Positions 19,571 through 43,960 of a stretch of 64,000 nucleotides of DNA are shown in pieces. Source of the DNA: the human T2T-CHM13v2.0 reference genome, Homo sapiens. Position numbers and translations under genes: made by a program. The stretch lies in NCBI RefSeq assembly GCF_009914755.1, contig NC_060943.1. One strand, written 5' to 3'. Below the pieces are notes generated by a model. It did not search any database, was not told the origin of the DNA, and worked only from the letters and a program-made list of their open reading frames with translations. Position 1 is the stretch's first letter. Each line of letters starts with the position of its first letter.

Positions 19571-19649
19571 GCTGGGCCAGGCCCCGACTCAGAACCGGAC
19601 GGAATCGAGAGATCTTGGCCCGTCCTCCGTGCCACTCTTTTGAGGGTAG

Positions 19650-19667
19650 ACTACATTTCCCAGAAGG
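19650..19667 (+). promoter_or_regulatory. ZNF143/THAP11 (SBS) motif, copy 1
   Basis: ACTACATTTCCCAGAAGG matches ACTACAnnTCCCA. Confidence 0.8.
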
Positions 19668-19686
19668 TTCAGCGGTTTGAGTCAGC

Positions 19687-19698
19687 TTTTCGCGCGAA
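19687..19698. promoter_or_regulatory. Palindromic E2F-like site
   Basis: TTTTCGCGCGAA contains TTTCGCGC and the palindrome TTCGCGCGAA. Confidence 0.5.
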
Positions 19699-19927
19699 CT
19701 TTTCCTCCGCCAGAGCTTGTGGGACTGTCTCCCTGGCCGGGGCAGGGGTGTAAGGCCTTAGTCTTAGTTTACTCTATCCCTGGGATTGGGTAGTGGTGTA
19801 ACATCAGCTTAAACACGCTGTGCTGACTTTATGTAACAGCCACGGTGCGATACTAAGCCAGGAACCCCAGGAGACTCTCAGACACGGTTCGGGAATGAGG
19901 GGAATCCCTTTGGCTGGGCTCAAGCCG

Positions 19928-19939
19928 GGCGCCATCTTG
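19928..19939 (-). promoter_or_regulatory. YY1-like site
   Basis: GGCGCCATCTTG, which reads CAAGATGGCG on the minus strand. Confidence 0.6.
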
Positions 19940-19961
19940 CTCATCGCGGGCGTGGCGCTGA

Positions 19962-19979
19962 ACTACATTTCCCAGAAGG
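19962..19979 (+). promoter_or_regulatory. ZNF143/THAP11 (SBS) motif, copy 2
   Basis: Identical 18-mer ACTACATTTCCCAGAAGG. Confidence 0.8.
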
Positions 19980-20179
19980 CGCCGCGCCCTCGGCCCCTCC
20001 CCTCGCGACTCCTGCGGCTCGGGGGAGAGCTGCACGCGACCCAGGTGCTGGCCTCTGAGCGGGTCGGCTCGGAGACTACAGGATCAGGAGGAGGTTGGAG
20101 GTGAAGCTTCTGGAATCCGGTGCGGAGGTTGAGACTGAGTATTAAGTCTGTTCAGGCGGAACGCGCCGAGAAGGGCGGT

Positions 20180-20590
20180 TGTGAAATTGTGTTTTTGTGA
20201 ATGTATGTCCTAGCACAGTGTGTGTGTGATTGTGATTGTGTGTGACACCTTGTGTACGGATGTGGGGAGGACTCTGCGGGTGTCCCGTGAGTCCCTGTGT
20301 TAGGACTGTTATTGTGTGACTGTGTAACGCTGTGTGAGGGTGTGGGTTAGCTGTGACTGTGTGCCCGCGGTGGGTGTGTGATTGTAACTCTGTGACCATA
20401 TGTTCGTTTGTGTGCAGATATAGGGAGCTTTGTACTTATGTAGTTGTGACTCTGTGTCCTTGTGTGGGAGTATGGAGGGTGGGTGCTTGTGACTTTGTGT
20501 ACAGTGGTGGGTGTGTGACTGTGAAGCATTGGGTGTGCGTGGAGTTGAGACTGTGTTTGTGTGTCTTTGACCAAATGTCACACATAGTCA
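20180..20590 (+). repeat. TG-rich low-complexity tract
   Basis: Dense TGTG/TGTGAC motifs directly downstream of the island on the + strand. Confidence 0.85.
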
Positions 20591-20898
20591 TATGTGAGAG
20601 CAGAAGACAGCTCGGCCCCGTGATAGTAAAGGGGATTTTTCTATGACACTGAGTTTTGAGTTGGAAGCCCCAGTTTCCTCTGATAGCCCTCCCATGGCGG
20701 GGGAGGGGAACGCAGAGTAAGCTCTGGCCTTGTCATTTGGGCCCTAGGGGAGGTGTATTGTCTCCCTTCTCATTTCTGTCCTCCAAGAGAGGTTCCCCAG
20801 AGGAGAGGAAATAACGGTTGTGATATCTAAAAGCCATGTTTAAGGTGCCTTGAAGTTTTCTCTTTGTTCCTGAAATGCTTTATTTTTCCAGGACCTGA

Positions 20899-24077
<3,179 letters not shown>

Positions 24078-24381
24078 CTTAACTTTTTTTTTTTTTTTTA
24101 AGAGATGCTTGGTAGAGTAATTAAACAAGTAAAAAGATTCAGAGGCAAAAAAATTCTGAAAAGAGGAAATAACAATGACATTAAATGCATAATTCCATAG
24201 GAAGTATGTCTGGAAGATAAATGTTTATGTATATATTTTTAATCACCCTCTGAACCTGAACTTGAGTTAATCAGACTCATTTATCACTAATCTTTAAAAG
24301 GGCTCTATTGATCTGTTTCCAACACCATACTCTACTTCCATTCTCCTTCTGCTGTAGACACATTCAAAATGATTAATTTGT

Positions 24382-28894
<4,513 letters not shown>

Positions 28895-29111
28895 CTAAAT
28901 TAATTTTTTTACTTGGCAAAAACTATTAATGCTAAAATTCCAAAAGATAATTGATAGCCTGGGAAAACTTACCTGCAACATATATCCCAGAAAAAGTTAA
29001 TTTTAATGAAATGAAAGTACTGCATATCTAATAAGGAGGAAAAATAATCAAAAAGAAAATAAGCAAGGGATACAGAGATGGTTCATAGAAAAGGAACAAA
29101 AAATCGCCTTT

Positions 29112-29510
29112 TGGTATGCATGTTTTCATCTGTTTGGACTATCATAACAAAATATCACAAACTGAGTAGCTTAAAAAACATAAATTTATTTTCTTATAGT
29201 TTTGAAGGCTGGAAGTTCAAGATAGGGGTGCCAGTACAGTTGATTTCTGGTGAAGGGCTGTCTTCCTGACTTGTAGATGGCCACTTGCTTTTTGTGTCTT
29301 GACATGGCTGTTATTCCGCATGTGGGAGGAGAGAAAGAAATCTCTGGTGTCTCTTCCTCTTCTTGTAAGAACACTATCAGATTAGGTTCCCACACTTACA
29401 ACTTTCATTTAAGCTTAATATCTCCTTAAAGGTCCTATCTCCAAATCCAGTTCCATCAGTCATTAGGGCTTTAACATGAAATACGGGTAGACACATTTCA
29501 GGGTACAATA
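29112..29510 (-). mobile_element. MLT1-type MaLR LTR
   Basis: ATAACAAAATATCACAAACTGAGTAGCTTAAA...TTTGAAGGCTGGAAGTTCAAGAT. Confidence 0.75.
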
Positions 29511-29885
29511 ATGTGAAAAGATAATTATCCTCGCTGATAGGAATAAAATATAAATTAAACCTACAATTTTTACCTAGTAAAAGTTTAATGTGAACTAGAT
29601 TTTTTCAGATGTAAGGCCAGGTGTGGTGACTCATGCCTGTAATCCCAGCACTTTGGGAGGCCAAGTGGGCAGATCATTTGAGGTCAGGAGTTCGAGACCA
29701 ACCTGGCCAACATGATGAACCTCTGTCTATAGTAAAAATACAAAAATTAGCCGGGAGTGGTGGCATGTACTTGTAGTCTCAGCTACTCAGGAGGCTGAGG
29801 CAGGAGAATCACATGAACCCAGGAAGAGAGGTTGCAGTGAGCTGAGATCATGCCACTGCATTCCAGCCACCTTTTTTCCCCAATA

Positions 29886-30260
29886 GTGATATGGTTCAGG
29901 TCTGTGTACCCACCCACATCTCATGTCAAATTGTAATCCCCAGTGTTGGAGGTGGGGCCTGGTGGGAGGTGATTGGATCATGGGGTCAGATTTCCTCCTT
30001 GGTGCTGCTTTCATGATACTGAGTGAATGCTTGTGAGATTTGGTTGTTTAAAAGTGTGGCACGTCCCCACTCTGTCTTCTTCCTGGTTTGGCCACGAAAG
30101 ACGTGCGTGCTTTCCCTTCACCTTCTGCCATGATTTAAGTTTCCTGAGGCCTCCCGAGCCATGCTTCCTGTCGAGCCATGAGCCAATTAAATCTCTTTTC
30201 TTTATAAATTACCCAGTCTCAGGTATTTATTTATAGCAGCGTGAAGAATGAAGTAATACA
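29886..30260 (+). mobile_element. MSTA/THE1-type MaLR solo LTR
   Basis: TGATATGGTT...AATTGTAATCCCCAGTGTTGGAGGTGGGGCCTGGTGGGAGG...TAATACA. Confidence 0.85.
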
Positions 30261-30639
30261 AATGGCTTTTGAGGTACATGTGGTTTTTGGTTATGTGGAT
30301 GAATTGTATAGTGGTAAAGTTTAAGATTTTAACTTTCGCGGTGGCTAACGCCTGTAATCCCAGTACTTTGGGAGGCCGAGGCAGGTGGATCACGAGATCA
30401 GGAGATTGAGACCATCCTGGCTAACATGGTGAAACCCTGTCTCTACTAAAAATACAAAAAATTAGCCAGGCATGGTGGCGGGCACCTGTAGTCCCAGCTA
30501 CTTGGGAGGCTGAGGCAGGAGAATGGTGTGAGGCGGAGGCGGAGCTTGCAGTGAGTCTAGATAGCACCACTGCACTCCAGGCACTTGTAACAGAGCAAGA
30601 CTCCGTCTCAAAAAAAAAAAAAAAAAAAAGATTTTAACT

Positions 30640-34310
<3,671 letters not shown>

Positions 34311-34329
34311 GGTTAAGAATTTCCCAAAT

Positions 34330-35140
34330 CTTCACATTTTAGTTTCTTATTGCTTAAGAATTCCTCCTTCAATTCATCTCTCTCCTTTCCTGTTTTATAT
34401 GCGCAATAAAGGGAACCCAAGCCACAAGTTCAATAATTAGAAATCTCCGCTACTATTCAGTTTTCATTGGTTGGAAGCGCTACCTTCCACAAAACACTAG
34501 AACATGATTCAGCCAAGTTCCTTGCTACAATAACCTGTTTCTCATTTCTGAGACTAAAACATTATGGCCTTAAATGTCCATATTTCTACCAACATTTTGT
34601 TCATGATTGTTTCTTTAACATGAATACCGTTCATGACAGGATTCTTTAAAATGGAAGCTTTCTCTCCAGTGGTTCTATTTTTTTTTTTTTGTCCTCCCCA
34701 GAATCATTTTTACATCCATATTTCTAGCATCTACCCTCAGCATTCTTCTAGCCTATTTGCCCACCACCCAGTTCCAAAGCTTGGACTTGCACATTTTTAG
34801 TTTTTTGTTATAGCAGCACCCCACTTCTCAGTACCAACAACTGTCTTAGTTTGCTTAGGGTGTTGTAAGAAAATGCCATAGACTGTGAGGCTTAAATACA
34901 GATATTTATTTTCTCACTGTTCTAATTAAAATAGGGATTAGCAGGTTTAATTCCTGGTAAGGGCTCTCTTGGCTTCTCCTTGTGTCCTCATGTGGACTTT
35001 CCTTTGTGTGTGAGCATAGGAAGAGACGTCTCTCCTTCCTCTTCTCATAAGATCACCATTTGTATCAAATTAGAATCACATTCTTATGTCCTCATTGCCC
35101 TATGTCCAAATACAATCACATTGCAGGTTAAGGGGTGAAT
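34330..35140 (-). mobile_element. MaLR internal fragment and MLT1-type LTR (about 34840-35140)
   Basis: TGTTATAGCAGCACCCCACTTCTCAGTACCAA|CAACTGTCTTAGTTTGC internal/LTR junction. Confidence 0.65.
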
Positions 35141-36211
35141 TCTGGCAAGTTGGAGTTGGGGTGGGGGGTGGCGCAGGGGTTATATAACTCCAGAAATCTC
35201 AGTCACAGACTCTTTACCTGTCCCTAACATACATATATTAGTTGCCATTAAATTGAATTCCTTCAAGGACATATAAAATTTAATGGTGCAGGACAGCAGA
35301 AAACAGGATGAGACTGCAATATCCTATCCTATTGAATATGAGAATAAAGCTCCTATGCAGGCTTAGAGAAAAGTCAGAAAGAATAAAGGGGCAAATGAAA
35401 ATGGAAAGAATGGTGAAGTTTTATGTTTTTGAGTAAAAATAGTAAAAACCAAACAGTAATACCACCAATAATAATTATATTATGGTTTCGAGTAAGTGTG
35501 AAATGCCATAAGTTCATTACGAAGTTAAGTGAAAAATGTTAATATGATAAAAATATAGCTGTAACTACAAACAAGGAAAACATAATAAGGACACATTTTA
35601 TTCATTAATTTATTATTTGTTAATGACTTCAAAAAGTAAAAGCCAAGACACAAGGATATTTTGTTTCTCTCACTAATTTTAATGTCTGTATACAAGGTTT
35701 AGATATTTAGTTTTAATTTGTTTAAGCTGGAAGGAAAAAAACACACACAAAGAAATATAGGACAAGTTCTCCTGGAGAACTATACCCAAAAGAGGAACAT
35801 TAGCACTGATGGTAACTCAGGATAAAAAGGGAGAATGAGATCCAAGAGTAAATTAGCTGTGTTGTTACATAAATAGAATTTAGTTAGAAATAGAGCTACT
35901 ACTCTATTTCAAAGATATGAAATAGCAAATATCCTGACAAAAAGGTTAACATACTCTTGTTCTTACTGTGTAGGACATGAAACAACAACCAATTACATAT
36001 CTTTTAAAACTACTTGAATAAGCAATACTTACATAAAACATAGCTCAATATATCAGATGAGAAAATGGCTTAATACTGGTAATCATTCACACCGTTATAG
36101 AGTACATAAATTCTGGGAAAGACATCAGTTTCAAAAATTAAAATGTAATGAATGACAGTGACATAAATTTATCTGAAAATAATAGTAAAATTTTCTTATA
36201 AAAATCAAATA

Positions 36212-36813
<602 letters not shown>

Positions 36814-37227
36814 ATCCAATAACCAGTGGCTCGTGATCTCATTGACTGCATAACCAAGTCAGCAGTCCTAAGAGAGAGATGATTTTGGAGTTAAATGAGA
36901 TTAGTTAAACCAAAGAAGGTCTGCTGATTGTTGAAATGCCCAAACCTAGTAAGTCAACTCTGAGAGGGAATAAAAAGAAAAATAATGATAATAGATTAAA
37001 AAAACAATTGAAGCCATGTTAATATATAGTTGTAAATTCTCTTAATGTAAGTTCAGTGGTCATTTTTTCTCCCCTTTTAAAGGTGTTTGACAAATTTTAG
37101 AGTGATACTTTAAGAGAATGATAAATTTTAAGAGACTTACTGGGTGAGTAGTTTTATCAAATATTTAAAAGAGTTCTCTTCATTTGGATCCTGGTTGGTA
37201 TAGCCTGCAGGTAAAAAGACTGCTTAA

Positions 37228-37316
37228 AGGAACTGGTTATATTCCAATATAACACACATACACACTATATATATATAGTGCCCAGTATATAGTGTATATA
37301 CTATATATACATATAT

Positions 37317-37350
<34 letters not shown>

Positions 37351-37552
37351 GTGTGTTATGTAGTGCATGTGTGGGCATATATAGTATACATCACACACAT
37401 ATACATCACACACTATATACACACATATAGTATATGTGATATGTATAGTATACATCACACATACACTATATACACTATATGTGTATATACACTATATGTA
37501 TATAGTGTGTGTGTGTGTGTGTGTGTGTTATGGTGGAATATAACCAGTTCCT
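37228..37552. repeat. Inverted repeat (fold-back) enclosing a compound TA/CA/TG microsatellite
   Basis: AGGAACTGGTTATATTCCA (37228-37246) and its exact reverse complement (37534-37552). Confidence 0.95.
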
Positions 37553-38137
37553 ATGTATGTGTTTTTTTGGGGGGAATATGTTGTATCAAAATAAAGTAGA
37601 AATTTAAAGAGAAGTCAACAATTGGATGAAAATGGAAAGGAGATCACACTTCTATCATTTAAAACAAAACAAAACAACAACATTACACAAAATGATGAGC
37701 TGTAAGACTGTAAAAATACATTGTATCTGACTAGGAGTGCTAACTCTGTGGAGGAAAATAAGTAAGTATAGATATCACAAGCAAAGAATTACAATGCAGA
37801 AAAGATATTGAAGTAATATTACAATTAAAAAACTGAATAGTCAAAAGAGCAATAATACAAACATCAAAAGCTATTGTAAACAAAACATGCCAGGATGAGA
37901 AACTCATGAAAAAAACTTTTTAACATAAAAAGGAGAAATATTTGGCAACATCTAACAAAGCTATAAGTATATATCAGCTATGACTAAGCAATTCTACGTC
38001 TACATACAGAATGACCATGAAGTCTAAAAACAGACTTTAAGAGAGGGAGATACTGAATTGCCTTGATTACCTATTAAATCCATCCACAGTATTTTCCTGT
38101 GAAAATCAGAAATAAAAAACCACTTTATACATTTATT

Positions 38138-39594
38138 TCAGTCAAATGATTTCTCACCAGTGTAAATTTTCGGTTGGCAAGTAAGATGCCCAACAACACT
38201 AAAGGAATTCCCACACTCCTTACATTCATAGGGTTTATCATCAGTATGAATGCGCTGATGTTTGGTAAAGGATGAACTATGTCTAAAGGCCTTCCCACAT
38301 GCCTTGCATTCATAGGGTTTTTCTCCAGTATGAATTCTCTGATGTTCTGTAAGGGCTGAACTATGTCTAAAGGCCTTCCCACATACCTTACATTCATAAG
38401 GTTTCTCACCACTATGAATTCTTTGATGTTGAATAAGGGCTGACGTAAGTCTAAAGAACTTTCCACACTCCTTACATTCATAAGGTTTTTGACCACTGTG
38501 AATTCTTTCATGTCGAGTAAGTTCACTACCTACTCCAAATGCTTTCTCACATTCTTTACATTTATAGGGTTTTTCACCAGTATGAATCCTCTGATGTCTA
38601 GTCAGGGATGAACTATTTCTAAAGACCTTTCCACATGCTTTGCATTCATAGGGTTTCTTACCAGTATGAATTCTCTGATGACGAGCAAGTTCTCTACATA
38701 CTCCAAAAGCCTTCCCACATTCCTTACATGCATAAGGTTTCTCACCAGTGTGAATTCTCTGATGTTCAATGAGCTGTGAACTAATTCTAAAAACCTTCTC
38801 ACAGTGCATACATTTGTAGGGTTTCTCACCAGTATGAATTCTCTGATGTTCGGTAAGCTGTGAATGAAATCTGAAGTCCTTGCCACATTCCATACATTTG
38901 TAAGTTTTCTCATCAGTATGGATTTTCTGATGTCGAGTAAGTTGTGCATGCACTCTAAAGGATTTCCCACAGAATGAGCATTCAAAGTGTTTCTCACCAT
39001 CATGAACTCTTTGAAGTGGAGTAACTTTTCCAACTCTTTCAAAGGTCCTTCTGTATTCCTTACATTTATAGAACTTCTCATTATGAATTTTCTGGTATAC
39101 ATTAAAGTCTTTATAAAAACTACATGTATTCCCATATTCCATATATTTACAAGGTTTCACACCAGTATGAATATTCAGTTGTAACATACTGGAGTTATCT
39201 ATCCCAAAGGTTTTCCAACATTGATTACATTCATAGTTTTTTCCACCAGTATGTATTTTCTGATATTCATCAAACTCTAAGTCACAACTGAAGACCTTCT
39301 CATATTCCTTGTATTCATAGGGCTTCTCACTGTCATGAGTTCTCCGAGGTAAAGTAAGAGATTCATGAGTTTTGTAACTGGGCACATTTTCAGAGATGAT
39401 TTTCATTTGACTGAAATATCCCACTTCAGGTCCTTGTAAGTCAATCTTGCTTTTGCTTTGCCAGTCATTTCTGAAAATGGAACCTTCAAGGCCACATAAC
39501 TTGCTACTTTCCATTACCTCCCACTGAGAACCAGTGTTTTGAATAATATCTTTTCCTACAGATAAATGCTTAGTCTCATTCCTGGACTCCAAAT
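38138..39594 (-). CDS. ZNF529: ZNF529 last coding exon: linker, 4 degenerate, 9 intact and 1 degenerate C2H2 fingers
   Basis: Acceptor ttcctttcttttcag|ATTTGGAG, phase 1 (G+AT = Asp), [11 protein letters not shown]...YTGEKSFD*; the ORF-track start MKIIFSFLS is intronic. Confidence 0.93.
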
Positions 39595-40073
39595 CTGAAA
39601 GAAAGGAAAAAATAATTTTCATGTACTACAAAAATAAAACAGTTATAGAAAGAAGAGACAATTTAAGAATAATTCACCATATACATGAATTGGTTAAAAT
39701 ACTGTCATGAAAGATAAAGAGAGCTCACAGAGTAACAGCAGAACATAAAGATTATGAGGATTGTGATAAAGGTAACAGATTAAGTCAGTGGATCTGAAAT
39801 TTGTGTGTTGGTCATCACCTGGTAAGCTCATTGGTTAAACAGAATCAAAATCTGTAGATGTAGAACTAGTCATTAGCATCTTGTAGAGGTAATGCTAACG
39901 CAGATCAAAATTTGATAATCCATATATACTAACACTTTTGTGGTTTTCCTCCCCAAAAATAAATTTTACCGAGGATAATAACAAGGTGCAGTTTGTTAAG
40001 ACCTCATTTTGCCTGGGCGTGTTGGCTCATGCCTGTAATCCTAGCACTCTGGGAGGGCAAGGTGGGTGGGTTA

Positions 40074-40309
<236 letters not shown>

Positions 40310-41675
40310 TCATTTTTCATCTCCTAGATCAAAACAAATTTCCTATCATTTAGAGCTATCCACAGGACATTTCATTTCACATCAATGGTCTCTTTGTATG
40401 CCAGCTTCTTTTCTTTGTTAAAGTCTCAAGATACCCTCAGAAAGGGCATATTAGTTGACCCTAAATAACTTCATTTCTGTTTCTAATCCCATATCTAGTG
40501 CCTTACCCTCATATATATTTTTTTCAGTTGTGTATTCAATACTTTTCTCTTACACCATTTACTTCCTTATTCCTTAAATTCCACAAGGACAAATGTAATA
40601 AATTTTCATGTGCCAATGTATAACAAGACCTAAGGACATAGTATATGATAATTAATTAGAGGAAAAGTAAATCACTGTATGAATGAATCTAAATAAAAAT
40701 AAAAGTATATATACAAAGATAAGTCACTAGAAAACAATAATTATCAAAATAATTATGTAACTATAAGAATAATGCCAGTTACCAATGCCTCCCAACCCTC
40801 ACATTGTATTAGTGATTACATATGTATATTTATAATACAGTAAGATACATAAATATGGCGAACATTCATATGTATTTATTTTCCAACTGCTTCTCCACCT
40901 ACACATATTGTCCACCACTATTGCTTATTCCCTCTTATGCAGAGCCATGATTGACATGTGGAATGAAGAAATACAATCGGGATGTGTTATTTACTTCTCT
41001 TCAACAGCATATTTACATTTACTCCGCCGTCCTCCTAAAACCTTCCTCTATTTTTTCTTTTATCTTCTTTTACAGATATTCCTTTCCATTTTCTTATAGC
41101 AAAAGTCAACTAATGCTGTACTTTCCAAAAATATATTTCAGATATTAAAATAATATCTGAATATAATTATAACTACTGTTAGACTTACACAGTTCTGAGC
41201 AAGGGCTTATGTGTGAAAAGGAGAATATGCTAACAGAATCATATGAAGAAGGTGGTCTAGGTAGACAAGATTGGAAGGCACTTTGTAGCAAAGGATTTTA
41301 TGGAGATCATCTGGAGGCCAACAGTGAGAGAAGGGAATGCCTGAGGAAAACTCAGAGCAACACATAAACACTGCATGATAAAGGGCAAGAATAATTTTCT
41401 GTGACTTAATTATGTATAAGATGAAATAATGCAGGCATCAATATCTGACGACAACATTAAAACCAGATTTGAGTGCCAGTATCAGTAAATCAAAAGAAGT
41501 TTCAGTTAGAAATAAAGAAGCTCTCTACTAGGCTGGGTGCAGTGGCTGTAACATCTGTAATCCCAGCATTTTGAGAGGCCAAGGTGTGCGGATCACTTGA
41601 GGTCAGTAGTTTGAGAACAGCCTGGCCAACATGGCGAAACCCCGTCTGTACTAAAAATACAAAAAAACTTAGCTA

Positions 41676-41927
<252 letters not shown>

Positions 41928-43539
41928 CTATGGAACGCAAATACATTTGTCTCATAAAAAGTAAAAACTTAAATGCTTTTTTTTAAAAAAGTAAAAATAA
42001 CCAATGTATAAAGAACAGTGACCTAAAGAAAAGGTGAGGAATTAGCAAACAATCACTAGGTGATGAAAACATACACAAAATGTTATTAAGACTCCTATGC
42101 TAATAAAGCTGAAAATGTAGACTAATGAATGAATTTCTTGGTAAAGGAATATTTAAAACCAACCCAAAAAGCAACAATAGTTGGAAAAAAACAAATTCCT
42201 GGAATGAGATAAAATGTTCACTCACTCCATGAAACAGAAAAATCATAACCATGACTTATTGTCCTTGTTATTGAAATAAACCAGATAATAAGCCAGGAAT
42301 CCTAGAACAAAGACCTGAATCATGATCTGGACCAGGGGAGGTATGAGATGTAACCTGTAATGTTTTGCCAGAAAGAAAAAAGTTTTACAACAGTGGGTCA
42401 CATCAAAGGGACACAAAAATAGTTTGCGGGAGCTAAAGTGCCACCATTTTGACAATACAAGAGTCAAATGAGGGGAAAAAAGTTTATGTACTGAAACATG
42501 CTAAACTAAACAAAACCAGAAAAATGCACTCATATCCAATTCAATGCTGGGTCTGGGATAGGGAGGGTATGGAATGAGCCTTGGATAAGCTTTGGACAAA
42601 AAGTGAGAATAAATTCAAAGGTTAAAGGATAAAGCCAAAGCACACAGAAATCACCATAAGAAACATGGTATCAGTATATCAAAATTTCATCCAATATTCA
42701 TACAGCTGGACATCAAAAATCAGACTCTGGTGGGCTAATGTATACTGAACCAATAAAATCAATAAACATAATGAGACTTAATAGAAGGTATGAAAATTTC
42801 TAGTGCACCATTTGAGGTGGCTACTTACTTACAGTAATATAAAAGACATATAATAAAAAAAGCCTCTTTGCCTTTCCTACTAGAATTACAAAAGTTTACC
42901 AAAGAACATGACAGCAACTAATATATAAAAGGAATGACAAATTGAAACACACTGATTCCAATGAGGACTTCCAATTGCAAAAACATTAGGTGAACCACTG
43001 AAAAGGAACTGTGTATCTATAAAATGCCAAATTAAGACCACAGAGATTGGTTTCTGACCACACTGTCTGAATTAGCTCTTTCTCCATCACACACCATCCC
43101 TTTATTCTTATACATATCACTATATATGTTCTCTACTTATCTGTTTACTTGTTTATTATACATCTCAAGAACTAGTATGTCAATTCCATGAGAGCAGGGT
43201 CTGTATTGGTCTTGGTCACCATTGTACCGATATCTGTCTCAATGTAGACCTGAATAAATATTGAGAATATGAATGAGCATTTTTTTTGGTCAATATATAC
43301 ATACATAAGTCTAAATACAAGATGAACTGGAAAACAGTTGGTGGCACTGAAGATCTTAATTTCCTCCAAGTGCCAGGCTTTTGTTTCTTTTTTTAAAACA
43401 AACAAACAAAACACAGTCTGGGCTGGGTGCAGTGGCTTACACCTGTAATCCCACCACTTTGGGAGGCCAAGGCGGGCAGATCACGAGGTCAGGAGATTGA
43501 GACTATCCTGGCTAACACGGTGATACCCCATCTCTACTA

Positions 43540-43716
<177 letters not shown>

Positions 43717-43869
43717 TCAACAACAACAACAACAACAACATCAAAGTAAAAACCCACAGGCTTTTGAAGGGATTTTCCCAACAGAATCACAGGGGCTAAT
43801 CTCCCTCCTGGACCAGATAGGCTTTGTGCTTTGGCAATGACTTTCTATCACTGATTGGCCATCACTCAC

Positions 43870-43960
43870 CTGGCCCTGTCTTCTTTCACATCCCATAAAC
43901 TCTATAGAGCAACTTCCCTTCCTCCAGTAAGGTGATCCCAATTGGATTAGAAATGGAAGA
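43870..43960 (-). pseudogene. Frameshifted KRAB-B pseudo-exon in the last ZNF529 intron (91 nt)
   Basis: taagcag|TCT TCC ATT TCT AAT CCA ATT GGG ATC ACC TTA CTG GAG GAA GGG AAG (SSISNPIGITLLEEGK, resembling KRAB-B SISKPDVITLLEQGK)...CCAG|gtgagt. Confidence 0.85.

Larger units (their letters stand above)
19270..20290. promoter_or_regulatory. CpG-island promoter of ZNF260, probably bidirectional
   Basis: Only strongly CpG-rich non-Alu stretch in the window; carries NRF1-, ZNF143-, E2F- and YY1-like motifs. Confidence 0.85.

Noticed and set aside
20142-20646. His/Thr-rich and Cys/Val-rich ORFs
   Set aside because: Artefacts of the TG/CA low-complexity tract
39595-39622. ORF-track start MKIIFSFLS for the 494-aa ORF
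   Set aside because: It is the intron's polypyrimidine tract; the exon starts at 39594
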